A DNA stretch of 64,000 nt from Squalus acanthias (GCA_030390025.1 CM059425.1:170378001-170442000); one strand, 5' to 3'. Positions 35,616-47,359 are shown, counted from the stretch's first letter. Notes: generated by a model from the sequence alone, not told the origin. Numbers and translations are program-made.

Positions 35616-37966
35616 ATGGAACGGATTCTGGTAGTGCTCGCGGCATTTGGATGTGGATTGGCCTATCGAGGCCGCACCAAGGATGTCGTGGTGTTTGGAT
35701 GCTCCGGGGACACGGCCCCCATCGCGGTAGATGGGACCGGGAGGCGAGAGGCTGAGGAGACCGCCACTTATTTCCACAAGGGAAGGTGGCCAGGATGGCT
35801 GGGAACGAATTCAACTGAATATTCCAGTACATCGGGATTTGCCTATAAAGAGACTTCTTTGATGTGCCCCAAAGTGAGGATCATCGCACCCAGAGTCAGC
35901 GTCACCGTCGGCAAACGGATTTGTTTGACTTGTAATGGGAATGTCCCATTGAGCCGATGGTGGTGGCTACGAAAGCTGAGCAGAATATGAGGAATTCTTC
36001 GGTCGAGTGGGAGCGATTGGGTAATAATACCCATCGGACAATTACGGGGACTAACGGACAATTGAGAGTCTGTTGGGACAAATGGTGGGAACCGGATGAG
36101 GGAATTTATGTATGTATGTGGGGGTCAAAGCACGTTTGCCCCAAGGGTATATCCATATTTTTCGTAAACCAGTGGCAGGATAATGGGAAAGGGATGAGGT
36201 GGGATGTCAGCACCAGAGGGTGCGGGGCCCCATACTCCCCGATCCCGGTAAACGCCACTGAACTCATCACGCGCCCACGCAAGGCCCCGCCCACGATTCC
36301 GGTGGTTTTGGCTCAGGAGGAAGGGTGCCCTAAAACCACTAAGGGGCCCGGGAATGGTTTGGTATTGGTCCCAACAGACCAGATACTATTTCAGGGGGTA
36401 CATTACGCGGTGGCCTCGGTGATTTTAAACCTCACCGAGGTGCGGTTGCCAAAGTGGTGCCCCAAAGAGACGGAACAATTATACCAGGTCCTGTTGACAA
36501 ATATGTTTAGACAATTCTACGAGTTTGATTTTGCGGAGATTGACAAAACAAGCTTGTACACCACACCACATGAAGTTTTGGGCCAGGTGGGGAGACAAAG
36601 AAGGGGTGTTGTGAACGACATGTTCACCGCGTTCAATACAGGGACATCTGTGGTCAACGCTCTAGACAACGTGGAGTTGCAGACCCAGATTAATGGTTTA
36701 AAAACACAATTAAAGAATATTCTTACAGACGAAAATAAGGTAGTGGGGTCTGAGTTACACGAGGACCAGGCCATGACGCTACACTTAAAGGAAATTATAG
36801 CAGAGCTGGAGAAACACGCGCGTACGGTAAATGCCCTGATCAGGGAAGATCGGAATGCGTCCGATCAGGCTGCGCAGAACGAGGTGTGCATGCTATACGG
36901 GGCGTGGTTACTGGGCGAGGGCCGCAGTAATTTGGAGGATTTAAAACAAGGTTTGGTCCCGTCCTGGATAAGTAACAAACACCTGCAGGCGCTCCACCCT
37001 TTTCAGAACGCATTAAGCCCGTGCCAGCTCAGGCTAGCTTCAGAAGCATACCCAGTCCCCGTGGACTGCGGACGGTCAAACCACACCATAATGGGTATAG
37101 TGTTACGTATGCCGGTTTTGGGCGACACAGCAAAGCCCGCCCCGGTGTATCGGGTAGAGAACATTGGTGTCATTCAGGGGGGAGCCCACATTCGCTACGC
37201 AGCGGTCCCACCTTACGTCATCCGCTGGGAGCAAACGATGACAGGTACAGATCTCTCTGGTTGTCGTGGCAGGGGAGCACACATAATCCTGTGTCCCCAG
37301 CACTTGAATGCCTTTTTATCACCACAGTGCGGGTTCAGAATGGCTGGCGCCAAGCCCATGAATTGCACCATGGAGGCAATGGCACAAGATCATGTGCCTC
37401 CGCAGGTGGCATACATCGGGGGTGGAACGTATTGTGTTACCACTGCAGCGCAACACTACCAGCATGGAAACCGTAGCCGGTGTCCGGTGAGTGACAGCAG
37501 TTTCTGTTTTAAACCCAGGGCTGAAGTTCAAGTGGCACAGCAGCGAATTGTCCCGATCCCTGAACCATCCACTGTTCATCTAACAGTAAAAGAGAATTTT
37601 ACCGACTTGCAGTGATTCGTCGCGCATTTCGGATACCTCATTCCCCCTCTCCTTGAACACCTCACCAAGCTTTTGAAAGCCGTTGCGGTTTCGCAGAAAC
37701 ATTTTTATACCCTTGAGCAAAAGACTGTCGAGATAGGGTCAGAGATCCTAGACATAGTAATCCCACCGTGGTGGGATCTGTTCACCAACATTGAAGTGCC
37801 CTCCTGGATTAGAATAGCCTCCCACATTTTAGTTGTATGCCAGGTAATAATTGTAGTGTACCTATTGGTCGTGCATTGCAAGAGGGGCAAACGCCTCACC
37901 AAGCAGGAGAACACAGGAGAGTGGCGAGAGCGTTACGTGCGCGTGCACGAAGAAAGCGCCGTGTAA
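35616..37966 (+). pseudogene. env: Env (~780 aa reconstructed): signal peptide, Ig V-like domain, F-like class I fusion protein with RQRR furin site, heptad repeats, Cys-rich region, TM anchor, YxxV tail; one frameshift (~35972) and one in-frame TGA (37613-37615)
   Basis: MERILVVLAAFGCGLA; RQRR|GVVN at 36593-36604; ORFs 35957..37615 and 37673..37966 are in the same frame; TM ILVVCQVIIVVYLLVV followed by HCKRGKR. Confidence 0.88.
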
Positions 37967-38403
37967 ACGGCCAGAGTGGCGCCACTCCAGTTTTTCCATG
38001 TGTGTCTCGAAATTGTTTAATTGATTGTTATTTTTCTTAGAACCTGTAACTAAGTTTGGAACTCTGTATGTTTAAGAGTTGTTTTGATTATTTTTAATTT
38101 TGTGTTGTTGAATTATGGTTGTTTTGAGTGTTTTGTTTTTCTTTTCCTTGAATAATAAAAAACATGCATATACAGGTGGTGCAAGAGGCATCGGCCTGTT
38201 ACACCTGGAGGACATACACGTGGTGTAAGTTAAAGGCAAATACTGCCTACGGTTTTTATAAAATGTAATTTTTCCCTGGGAAATAAGGACGACACGGAGA
38301 CCCTAGATAGTTTAAGTTAAGGGAGTATTTGGATATGGAGAATCGAGATAATGTTGCTCACCACCACTTTTAATTGATACGATAAGCGGAGTTATTCGCA
38401 TCA

Positions 38404-38414
38404 ACAGGAGGGAC
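38404..38414 (+). promoter_or_regulatory. Polypurine tract ACAGGAGGGAC immediately before the 3' LTR
   Basis: Position and purine richness. Confidence 0.75.
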
Positions 38415-40053
38415 TGTAGAATTCGCAAATTATCGCGATTTCGAAATAACGAGATAGAGACATACAATTTCGTAAAAACAGCTTTATTTCAGCAAAATGC
38501 TGTCAGGTTCAAAAACGGACACAAGAAGCCTGTAAAATGGCCGCCGCGCCTCGTGGCAGAAGGTTCCAGATTTTCTCAGTAGGCAGACAAGATGGCGTTT
38601 CAATAAACATTTCAGCAAGATCGGACAGTACTCAGCATAATGAAATAAGACAAGACGCGATCGTTTTGCATTTTGTACGCCTAAGAGAATATAAGTGCTG
38701 GAATCGGTTTTCCATGCACAAACGAGGGCTATTGTACTGGGCAATCAAGGGCCCATCCAAAGACATTGATACGCAAATTCCCCGCGGCTCTACGATGAGA
38801 GAGCCGTTCGCGGGTACTCACAGCAAGAATTCGGAGGCCCCCAAAAACCCCTCCAGGGAGACTCCTAGCCGGTTCCACAATGGGAGAAATATTAACGGGT
38901 ACTTAGACAGTTACAAGTATCACCGAAACCCATTAACGACAAGAACCACCCCATACAAGAAGTTTGAGCGCCAAAACATGACAAAAGATGGACATTAAGA
39001 TTGGGCGGGAGATAATGAATTACAGTACTATAACTGTAGTGAACAAACGTCCATCTTTCTCTTGACTCTCTTATCCTCTGGACTCCTGGCTCTTGACTCT
39101 TATTCCTTTTATTCCCTGACGACTTTTGACTTGTGCTCTTGCTGCCCACCGAGCTCTTGGTCCGCTGATCTTCCGGGAGTCAACCTCGTGGCTTGCCGCG
39201 AAGATCTGTGAAGAGCTGGGCTGCGAAGGCCGGTAAGCGGGTGCACCATCCCGAGGGTCGGTAAACGGTGTAGGGACCCGAAGGCCCGACGAAACGAAAC
39301 AAGACAAGAAGAAGAAGACGACTACACGTGCCGCCGCGGTCAGTAAACCCCGACCGCGCCCGAACTATAAAGACCATTTACAGGTTACCACACGAATTCT
39401 ACTGCCAACCGGTGTCGGGCACAGGAAGACTCTTCTTTGAGTTTTATCAGAAATCCGAGGTCAACACAGATCTTCATGACAGCAGACGGTCCAGCCTGCT
39501 AGCCGGAGCAGAGCGAGTAAACAAGTGGGGTACAGAGACCCCTGATCAACACGTGAATAGTCAGGTGCTGTGGCGAAAACATCCGAGCATCGTTTTAGAA
39601 TTCTCCGAGTTATCACGAGTGGTGAGCATGGTTCTCGATCCTACAGATCTAGATTAGGACAGGTATTAATAGGGGAGGGTTTTGTTTTAAGGATAATTAT
39701 AATGTGTGTCCCCTTTTTCGATGTGTCGTGCGCTCCTCGTTTCCCTAAACCTAGTTGCATAAATGTATGTAAGCTTGTACTGTCATTAATCTGTGCTTAT
39801 GACATGTATTTCGTAATCTTGAACAATATGCAATAAAGATTTTCCATTTCGTACTATTCAACCGGGTCTACCTGAGTTTTCTCTGCATTACTGCTCTCGC
39901 ACCTAAGTCCAGTGTCAGAACCGTAAGGGCGAGTGCGTCGAACCACTCACAGGTGTCTAGTGCTACCAGGCTGGCTGGAGACCAGAACAGGCAACAAGGC
40001 CTAACCCCGCACTAGCACCCAGGCTAAGCACAGAGCCACCCGAACCCCTTACA
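38415..40053 (+). repeat. 3' LTR (1639 bp, uninterrupted)
   Basis: TGTAGAATTC...CCCCTTACA; preceded by PPT; AATAAA at 39832-39837. Confidence 0.97.
39832..39837 (+). terminator. LTR polyadenylation signal AATAAA (5' LTR copy at 28807-28812)
   Basis: Canonical hexamer ~215 bp before the LTR end. A second AATAAA lies early in U3, so the assignment rests on position. Confidence 0.6.
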
Positions 40054-40057
40054 GCTC

Positions 40058-40361
40058 CTCCAAACAGACTTACCGGCTGGCTGCTTGGAGACAAGGGCTA
40101 TCCACTGAAGACGTGGTTCATGATAACCTTGAGGAGGCCAAGTACATGTCCACCAGATGTGTCATAGAGCAAGCAATAGGCATGCTGAAGATGCACTTCA
40201 GATGCTTTGACAGATCTGGAGGAGCCCTTCAGAACGCACCAGCCAGGGTCTCCAGAATCATCGTTGTATGCTGCGCGCTGCCCAACATAGCGCAGCAGCC
40301 AGGATTGGAGCTGCAGGAGGAGCGAGGCACAGAGTGCACAGCCTATTCAGAGGAGGAGTAG
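40058..40361 (+). pseudogene. Harbinger transposase, 3' half
   Basis: [37 protein letters not shown]; joins the 5' half in frame once the provirus and one 4-bp TSD copy are removed. Confidence 0.9.
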
Positions 40362-42761
40362 GAGGAGGAGAAGGAGGAACAGGTGGAAAGGGGAGGAGGA
40401 GGAGGACGAACCTGAGGTGGAAATGCACCAGCAGCAGTGTACATTGCTGCCCGGGAGGCCCGGGATGGCCTCATAGTGGCCAGTTTTACTTACCTTGCTC
40501 CAGTGCACCCATATGGCTGCCACATGCTGTACTAAGCTCCCCTTCCCCCAGCAACACCAGAAAGCAGCCCTACAAGAACCAATCCATTCCTCTCACCCAA
40601 ACCCCTATTGCTCGAGGTTAAGTAATGCCTCATCATTCACTCCAAGTGACAAGGCCACTTCCCAGGTAACAGGGAAGAATGGACAAGAGCGGAAATTGGC
40701 ACAAAGAAATAAATGTATCTGTCTCATAAATATAACTGAAACATATCACTAACATTTGTTCATACACCCAAGTGCATACCCTTGTGCATCGAGGATTGTC
40801 TTTTTTCTTTTCCGAGTGCTTCTACGAGGTGCAACTCCTGTGGCTTCAGCAGAGTTAGAGTCAGGCTGCTTACTTACCTGCTGCGACTGCATAGACACTT
40901 TTGGCGGACGTCTTCTGGGTTTTGGAGCCTGTGAAGGCCCCGCCAAAGAGGCTGGAGGCTCCTCTGAGGAGTCTTCTTCCTTCTGCAGCTGGACAGTGGG
41001 GGCGAAGGGGGGGGCACTTGATGGACCTGTGGGAGAGTAATGGTTGGTGAGCTACAAGCACAATTAGCCATGTGGGAATATGATGTAGTGGCAATAACGG
41101 AAATGCTGAGGACTGGGTGCTTAATATTCACGGATACAAGGTGTTCAGAAAAGATAGGGAAGGAAAAAAGGGAGGTGGGGTGGCAGTACTGATTAGGGAA
41201 GACATTGTAGTGTTGGAAAGAGAGGATGTCCTTGAGGGGGCAAGGACAGAATCCATTTGGTTAGAGCTGAGAAGCAAAAAGGGTATGATCACGTTATTAG
41301 AGGTATTCTATAGGCCTCCAAATAGTGCGAGAGAGATAGAGGAGCAAATCTGCAGGGAAATCAGAGAGATATGCAAGAGCTATAGAGTGGTGATATTGGG
41401 GGACTTTAATTACCCAAATATCGATTGGGATAATGTTAGAGTAAAGGGAAAGAAGGAGGAGGAATTTCTGAAATGTGTTCAGGAGAACTTCCTTGACCAG
41501 TATGTTCTCGGCCCAACTAGGAAGGAGGCATTGCTGGATCTTGTGCTGGGGAATGAGGTGGGCCAGGTCAACCAAGTGTCTGTGGGAGAACATTTGGGTA
41601 AGAGTGATCATCGTATCATAAGGTTTAGATTAGTAATGGAGAAGAGCAAGGAACAATCTAAAGTAGAACTTCTAAATTGGAAGAGGTCTAACTTCAATGG
41701 GATGAGAGGGGATCTAGCCAAGGTAAGATGGAACCAAAGATTGACAGGAAAAACTGTAACAGAACAATGGGTGATCTTTAAGGAGGGGATGTTCCAAGTA
41801 CAGGCTAGGTACATTCCAACAAGAGGGAAAGGTAAAGGAACCAAAGCTAGGGCTCCTTGGATGATGAGGGAGATAGAGAATATGATGAAGCAAAAAATGA
41901 GGCTGTATGATGCATGTCAGGTAAATTCTTCAAGTGAGAACCAGACCAAATACAATAAGTTGAGAGGGGACGTGAAAAGGAAAATAAGATTGGCAAAGAG
42001 AGAATATGAGAATAGAATGGCAGTTAACATAAAAGGGAACCCAAAAATCTTCTACCGGCATGTAAACAGTAAGCGGGGAGTAAGAGGCTGGGTGGGGCCT
42101 ATTAGGGACAAAGAAGGTGATATATGCTTAGAGGCGCCGGGCAAGGGTAGACTACTTAATGAGTACTTTGTTACTAAGGAAGATGATGCTGACAAAATAT
42201 TGGTAGAAGCGGAGATGGTACAGGTAACGGATGGGGTGAAAATTGATAGGCAGGATATACTGGAAAGGCTGGATAAGTCGCCTGGTCCGGATGGCTTGCA
42301 TCCCAGGTTGCTAAGGGAAGTGGGGGTGGAGATAGCGGAAAGGCTTGCCATAATCTATCAATCTTCCCTAGATACGGGGGAGGTACCAGAGGATTGGAAA
42401 GTGGCAAATGTGACACCCTTGTTCAAGAAAGGGTGTAAGGACAATTCTCGTAACTACAGGTCAGTCAGTTTAACATCAGTGGTGGATAAGGTTTTAGAAA
42501 CAATAATCAGGGAAAAAATTAACAGGCACTTGGTGAGGTTTAAGCTAATTAAGGAGAGCTAACACAGATTTGTAAAAGGCAGATAATGTTTGATTAATCT
42601 AATTGAATTTTTTGATGAAGTAACAGAGAAGGTTGATGAAGGGAATGCAGTGGATGTTGTCTATATGGATTTTAAGAAAGCGTTTGACAAAGTACCACAT
42701 AAAAGGCTGGTTAACAAAATTGAGGCTCATGGAATAGGAGAGTCAGTGTCAGCTTGGATAA

Positions 42762-42968
42762 AAATGAGAAGTTGCACAACACCAGGTTATAGTCCAACAG
42801 TTTTATTTGAAATTACGAGCTTTCGGAGCTCTGCTCCTTCTTCAGGTACAGTGAGGGAATATAAATCGATTACACAGTATATATAGACAGAGAACAATGT
42901 GTCTGCAGAGATACAATCCGTCAGGGAGGCATTACATCAAAGACACAGTCCAACACCGGCATCTCCGT
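42762..42968 (-). mobile_element. Short Penelope-like (pseudo-LTR) insertion within CR1
   Basis: TSD AGCTTGGATAA (42751-42761/42969-42979); both ends match the PLE at 51229-52086. Confidence 0.85.
42814..42848 (-). ncRNA. Minimal type I hammerhead ribozyme (PLE-associated)
   Basis: Minus strand: TAC-CTGAAGA-A-GGAGC-AGA-GCTCC-GAAA-GC-TC-GTA. Confidence 0.75.
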
Positions 42969-44897
42969 AGCTTGGATAAGGAATTGGCTTAAGGACAGAA
43001 AACAGCGAGTCGTGGTAAATGGTTGTTTTTCTTACTGGAGGATGGTAGACAGTGGTGTTTCCCAAGGGTCAGTGCTGGGGCCACTGCTTTTTTTTGATAT
43101 ATATATAAATGACTTGGATATTGGAATCCAGAGTAGAATTTCTAAATTTGCTGGTGATACCAAACTTGGAGGTGTGGCAAACAGTGAGGAGGATACCAAT
43201 CGACTGCAACAGGACATAGATAGGCTAGCAGAATGAGCAGACAAGTGGCAGATGGAATTTAATACAGAGAAGTGTGAGGTGATGCATTTTGGCAGAAGGG
43301 ATGGGGAGAGGCAATATTGACTTAATGGCACAGTTTTAAAGAGTGTGCAGGGACAGAGGGACCTGGGGGTTCATGTGCATAGATCTTTGAAGGTGGCAGG
43401 ACATATTGAGAGAGTAGTTAGCAAAGCATATGGGATCTTGGGCTACATAAATAGAGGTATTGAGTACAAAAGCAGGGAAGTTATGCTGAACCTTTATAAA
43501 GCTCTGGTTAGGCCACAACTGGAGTATTGCATCCAGTTCTGGTCACCACACTTTAGGAAGGATGTGAAGGTCCTTGAGAGGGTGCAGAGGAGATTTACCA
43601 GAATGGTTCCAGGCATAAGGGATTTTAGGTACAAGGTTAGGTTGGAGAAGCTGGGATTGTTCTCCTTGGAGCAATGGAGGTTGAAGGGAGATTTCATAGG
43701 GGTGTACAAGATTATGACGGGTTTGGATAATGTAGACAGAGAAAGGCTGTTCCCATTAGTTGTTGGTACAAGGACTAGGGGACACAGATTTAAGGTTTTG
43801 GGCAAGAGATACAGGGGGGACGTGAGGAAGAACCTTTTTACGCAGCGAGTAGTAATGATCTGGAACTCGCTGCCGACGAAGGTGGTGGAAGCGGAGATGA
43901 TCAATGATTTCAAAAGGAAATTGGATAGGCACTTGAGGGAAATAAACTTGCAGGGCTACGGGGATAAAGCGGGGGAATGAGGCTGACTGGATTGCTCTAC
44001 AGAGAGCCGGCACGGACTTGATGGGCAGAATGGCCTCCTTCTGTGCCGTAATGACTCTATGACTATGACTCTAATGAGATGAATTAGAAGTGCTATAATA
44101 AGAATGGGCAATGTTACCATTATGCACATAATGACATTTCACTGGTTGCTGACATCAGTCACCATATGAGTGACTGTTGTATGCCATGTGGCTGTATGAG
44201 ATTTAAATCTGTCACCAGGTTGCTGGGAGGTTCCCCTCTCTCCATCTCCCACCGCCAGCAGCTCTGCAACTCCAGAGATTTCCAGGGCCTCCTCCTCTGC
44301 TGGAGTCAATTGAGTGAAGACTGGAGGGTCACCTCCGGTTCTCTGCCTCTCCCTATTGTTGTGGGCTCTCTTCTCCTGCAAGGAGGGAAAGAGAACCTTG
44401 AGTGAGAGTCATGGAATGAGTGTAAGGAATGGATTGCCTACATCTGTAGAGGGTGACTATGAGGGAGTGGGGTGACATTGTCAAATGGCCTCCTTCTGTG
44501 TTGTTACTTGCTATGATTGCATTAGGATGAGGGTGAGTGTCAGTGGTAGTTAGTCAGATGGGGATGTGAGTAGGTACATAGGCAGAGAGGGATGGGTGCA
44601 CCTGCAGGATAGGTTGGTGTGAGGAGTGATGTGCAGGAGTAGGCTTGGGAATGCAGAGTGATGGGGTTGAGGTGACAGGCACATCAGGATGTAAGTGAGT
44701 GTGGCATTGCATTCATCTTTCCTGACCTCATGAGATCATTGAATCTCTTGCAGCACTGGATCCACATTCTCCTCACCACATCCCTGCTGCTGACCTCCTC
44801 TGCGATGACAAGCTATGCCCTCTTTGTGTCTTTTGCTGCTCTTTTTCTGCCATCTGCAGGGAAGAGGACCTCCTTGTGTGCTCTTAATCCCTTGACC

Positions 44898-47195
44898 AGT
44901 GGTAGAAGTGTCAGTAGGAGAGCATTTTGGTGACAGTGACCATAATTCGGTGAGATTTAAGGTAGTCATGGAAAAGGACAAAGATGGACTGGAAATAAAG
45001 GTTCTAAATTGGGGGAAGGTCGATTTTAATATGATAAGGCAGGATCTGGCCAAAGTGGACTGGGATCAGCTACTTGTAGGAAAATCCACATCAGAGCAGT
45101 GGGAGTCTTTCAGAAAGGAAATAGAGAGAGTACAACGCCAACATGTTCCCGTAAAGGTCAAGGGTGGGAGCAACAAGCCCAGGGAACCCTGGATGTCAAG
45201 GGATATACAAGAATGGATTAGGAAAAAAAGGGAGGCTTTTGGCAGATACAAAGGACGAAAAACAGTGGAAGCCCTAGAGGAGTATAGAAAGTGCAGGGGG
45301 GTACTTAAAAAATAAATTAGGAGAGCGAAGAGGGGGCATGAAAAAACACTGGCGGGCAAAATAAAGGAAAATCCCAAGGTGTTTTATAAGTATATTAAGG
45401 GCAAGAGGATAACCAAGGAAAGAGTAGGGCCCATTAGGGACCAAAGTGGCAATCTGTGTGTCGAGCCGAAAGATGTGGGTGAGGTTTTAAATGAATATTT
45501 TGCATCTGTGTTCACTATGGAGAAGGACGATGTAGGCATAGAAATCAGGCAGGGAGATTGTGATATACTTGAACAAATTAGTATTGAGAGGGAGGAGGTA
45601 CTAGCGGTTTTAGCGGGCTTAAAAGTGGATAAATCCCCAGGCCCAGATGAGATGTATCCCAGGCTTCTGTGTGAGGCAAGGGAGGAGATTGCAGGGGCTC
45701 TGACACAAATTTTCAAAACCTCTCTGGCCACAGGGGAGGTGCCAGAGGACTGGAGGACAGCTAGTATAGTACCATTATTCAAGAAGGGTAGTAGGGATAA
45801 ACCAGGGAATTACAGGCCAGTGAGCCTAACATCAGTGGTAGGGAAATTATTGGAAAACATTCTGAGGGACAGAATTAGTCTCCACTTGGAGAGGCAAGGA
45901 TTAATCAAGGATAGTCAGTATTGGTTTGTCAGGGGGAGATCATGTCCAACCAATTTGATTGAATTTTTCGAGGGGATGACTAGGTGTGTGGATGAGGGTA
46001 GTGCAGTTGATGTAGTCTACATGGACTTCAGTAAGGCTTTTGACAAAGTCCCACATGGGAGACTGGTCAAGAAGGTAAGAGTCCATGGGATCCAAGGCAA
46101 TTTGGCACATTGGATCCAAAATTGGCTTAGTGGCAGGAGGCAGAGGGTGATGGTCGAAGGTTGTTTTTGTGACTGGAAGCCTGTGTCCAGTGGTGTACCA
46201 CATGGATTGGTGCTGGGTCCTTTGCTGTTTGTAGTGTACATTAATGATTTAGATATGAATGTAGGAGGTATGATCAGTAAGTTCGCAGGTGACACGAAAA
46301 TTGGTGGAATGGTAAATAGCAAGGAGGGAAGCCTCAGGCTACAGGACGATATAGACGGGTTGGTTAGATGGGCAGAACAGTGGCAAATGGAATTTAACCC
46401 TGAAAAGCATTTTGGGAGGACTAACAAGGCAAGGGAATACACAATGAATGGTAGGACCCTAGGAAGGACAGAGGATCAGAGGGACCTTGGTGTGCATGTA
46501 CATAGATCCCTGAAGGCAGCAGGACAGGTAGATAACGTGGTTAAAAAGGCATATGGGATACTTATATTCTATGCCTCGGCTAATGAAGGCAAGAGCAGGG
46601 AGATTATGATGGAGCTGTACAAAACGCTAGTTAGGCCACAGCTGGAATACTGTGTGCAGTTCTGGTCACCACACTCTAGGAAGGATGTGATTGCATTGGA
46701 GAGGGTGCAGAGGAGATTCACCAGGATGTTACCTGGGCTGGAGTGCTTCAGTTATGAAGAGAGACTGGACAGGCTGGAGTTGTTTTCCTTAGAGCAGAGA
46801 AGGCTGAGGGGGACCTGATTGAGGTGTACAAAATTATGAGGGGCATAGATAGGGTAGATAGAAAGGAACTTTTCCGCTTAGTAGAGGGGTCAATAACCAG
46901 GGGGCATAGTTTCAAGGTAAGGGGCAGGAGGTTTAGAGGGGATTTGAGGAAAAACCTTTTCACCCAGAGGGTGGTTGGAATCTGGAACTCACTGCCTGAA
47001 AGGGTGGTAGAGGCAGGAACCCTCACAACATTCAAGAAGCATTTAGATGAGCACTTGAAACGCCATAGCATACAAGGCTACGGACCAAGTGCTGGAAAAT
47101 GGGATTAGAATAGACAGGGCTTGATGGCCGGCGCGGACACGATGGGCTGAAGGGCCTCTTTCTGTGCTGTATAACTCTATCACTCTATGACTCTA
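44898..47195 (+). mobile_element. 5'-truncated CR1 LINE inserted in exon 1 of the Harbinger Myb gene
   Basis: ORFs 44899..45315, 45379..46818, 46824..47108; (CTCTATGA)n tail; TSD TGACC (44893-44897/47196-47200). Confidence 0.92.
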
Positions 47196-47359
47196 TGACC
47201 TCTGGCAATCACCTTGATCACTCCTACATCAACCTTCAAATGAGATGTGTGCAAGGCAGCTTTAAAATATCTGTGTTGGAAATGAGTCACCGATGACATC
47301 ATCAGACCTGCTCTATTTAATTGGGCAGGGAACCGCGCATTACTGGTTTAATTCCACCT

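Larger units (their letters stand above)
22784..40053 (+). mobile_element. Endogenous retrovirus (lokiretrovirus-like): LTR-gag-pol-env-LTR, ~12.7 kb excluding the CR1 insertion
   Basis: Paired TG...CA LTRs, PBS, PPT, 4-bp TSD (GCAC 22780-22783 / GCTC 40054-40057), gag/pol/env frames. Provirus status is direct; the lineage call is inferred from dual RNase H, coiled-coil Gag and F-like Env. Confidence 0.93.
41043..44071 (+). mobile_element. 5'-truncated CR1 LINE (nearly whole ORF2, degenerate) in an intron of the Harbinger Myb gene
   Basis: ORFs 41117..42562 and 43345..43980; gactctat tail; TSD TAATG (41038-41042/44072-44076). Confidence 0.92.

Noticed and set aside
37613..37615. Programmed readthrough or a domesticated secreted Env at the env TGA
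   Set aside because: The context TGA TTC is not a known leaky motif and env also has an upstream frameshift; an ordinary nonsense mutation is simpler.
22784..40053. Calling the provirus a foamy virus, gamma/epsilonretrovirus or ordinary Gypsy element
   Set aside because: A CCHC knuckle and in-frame gag-pol argue against foamy; Env lacks CX6CC/ISD; a second RNase H and an env gene argue against plain Gypsy. A tree is still needed.
38415..40053. LTR pair as an assembly duplication
   Set aside because: TG...CA ends, PBS, PPT, TSD and scattered substitutions show genuine LTRs.
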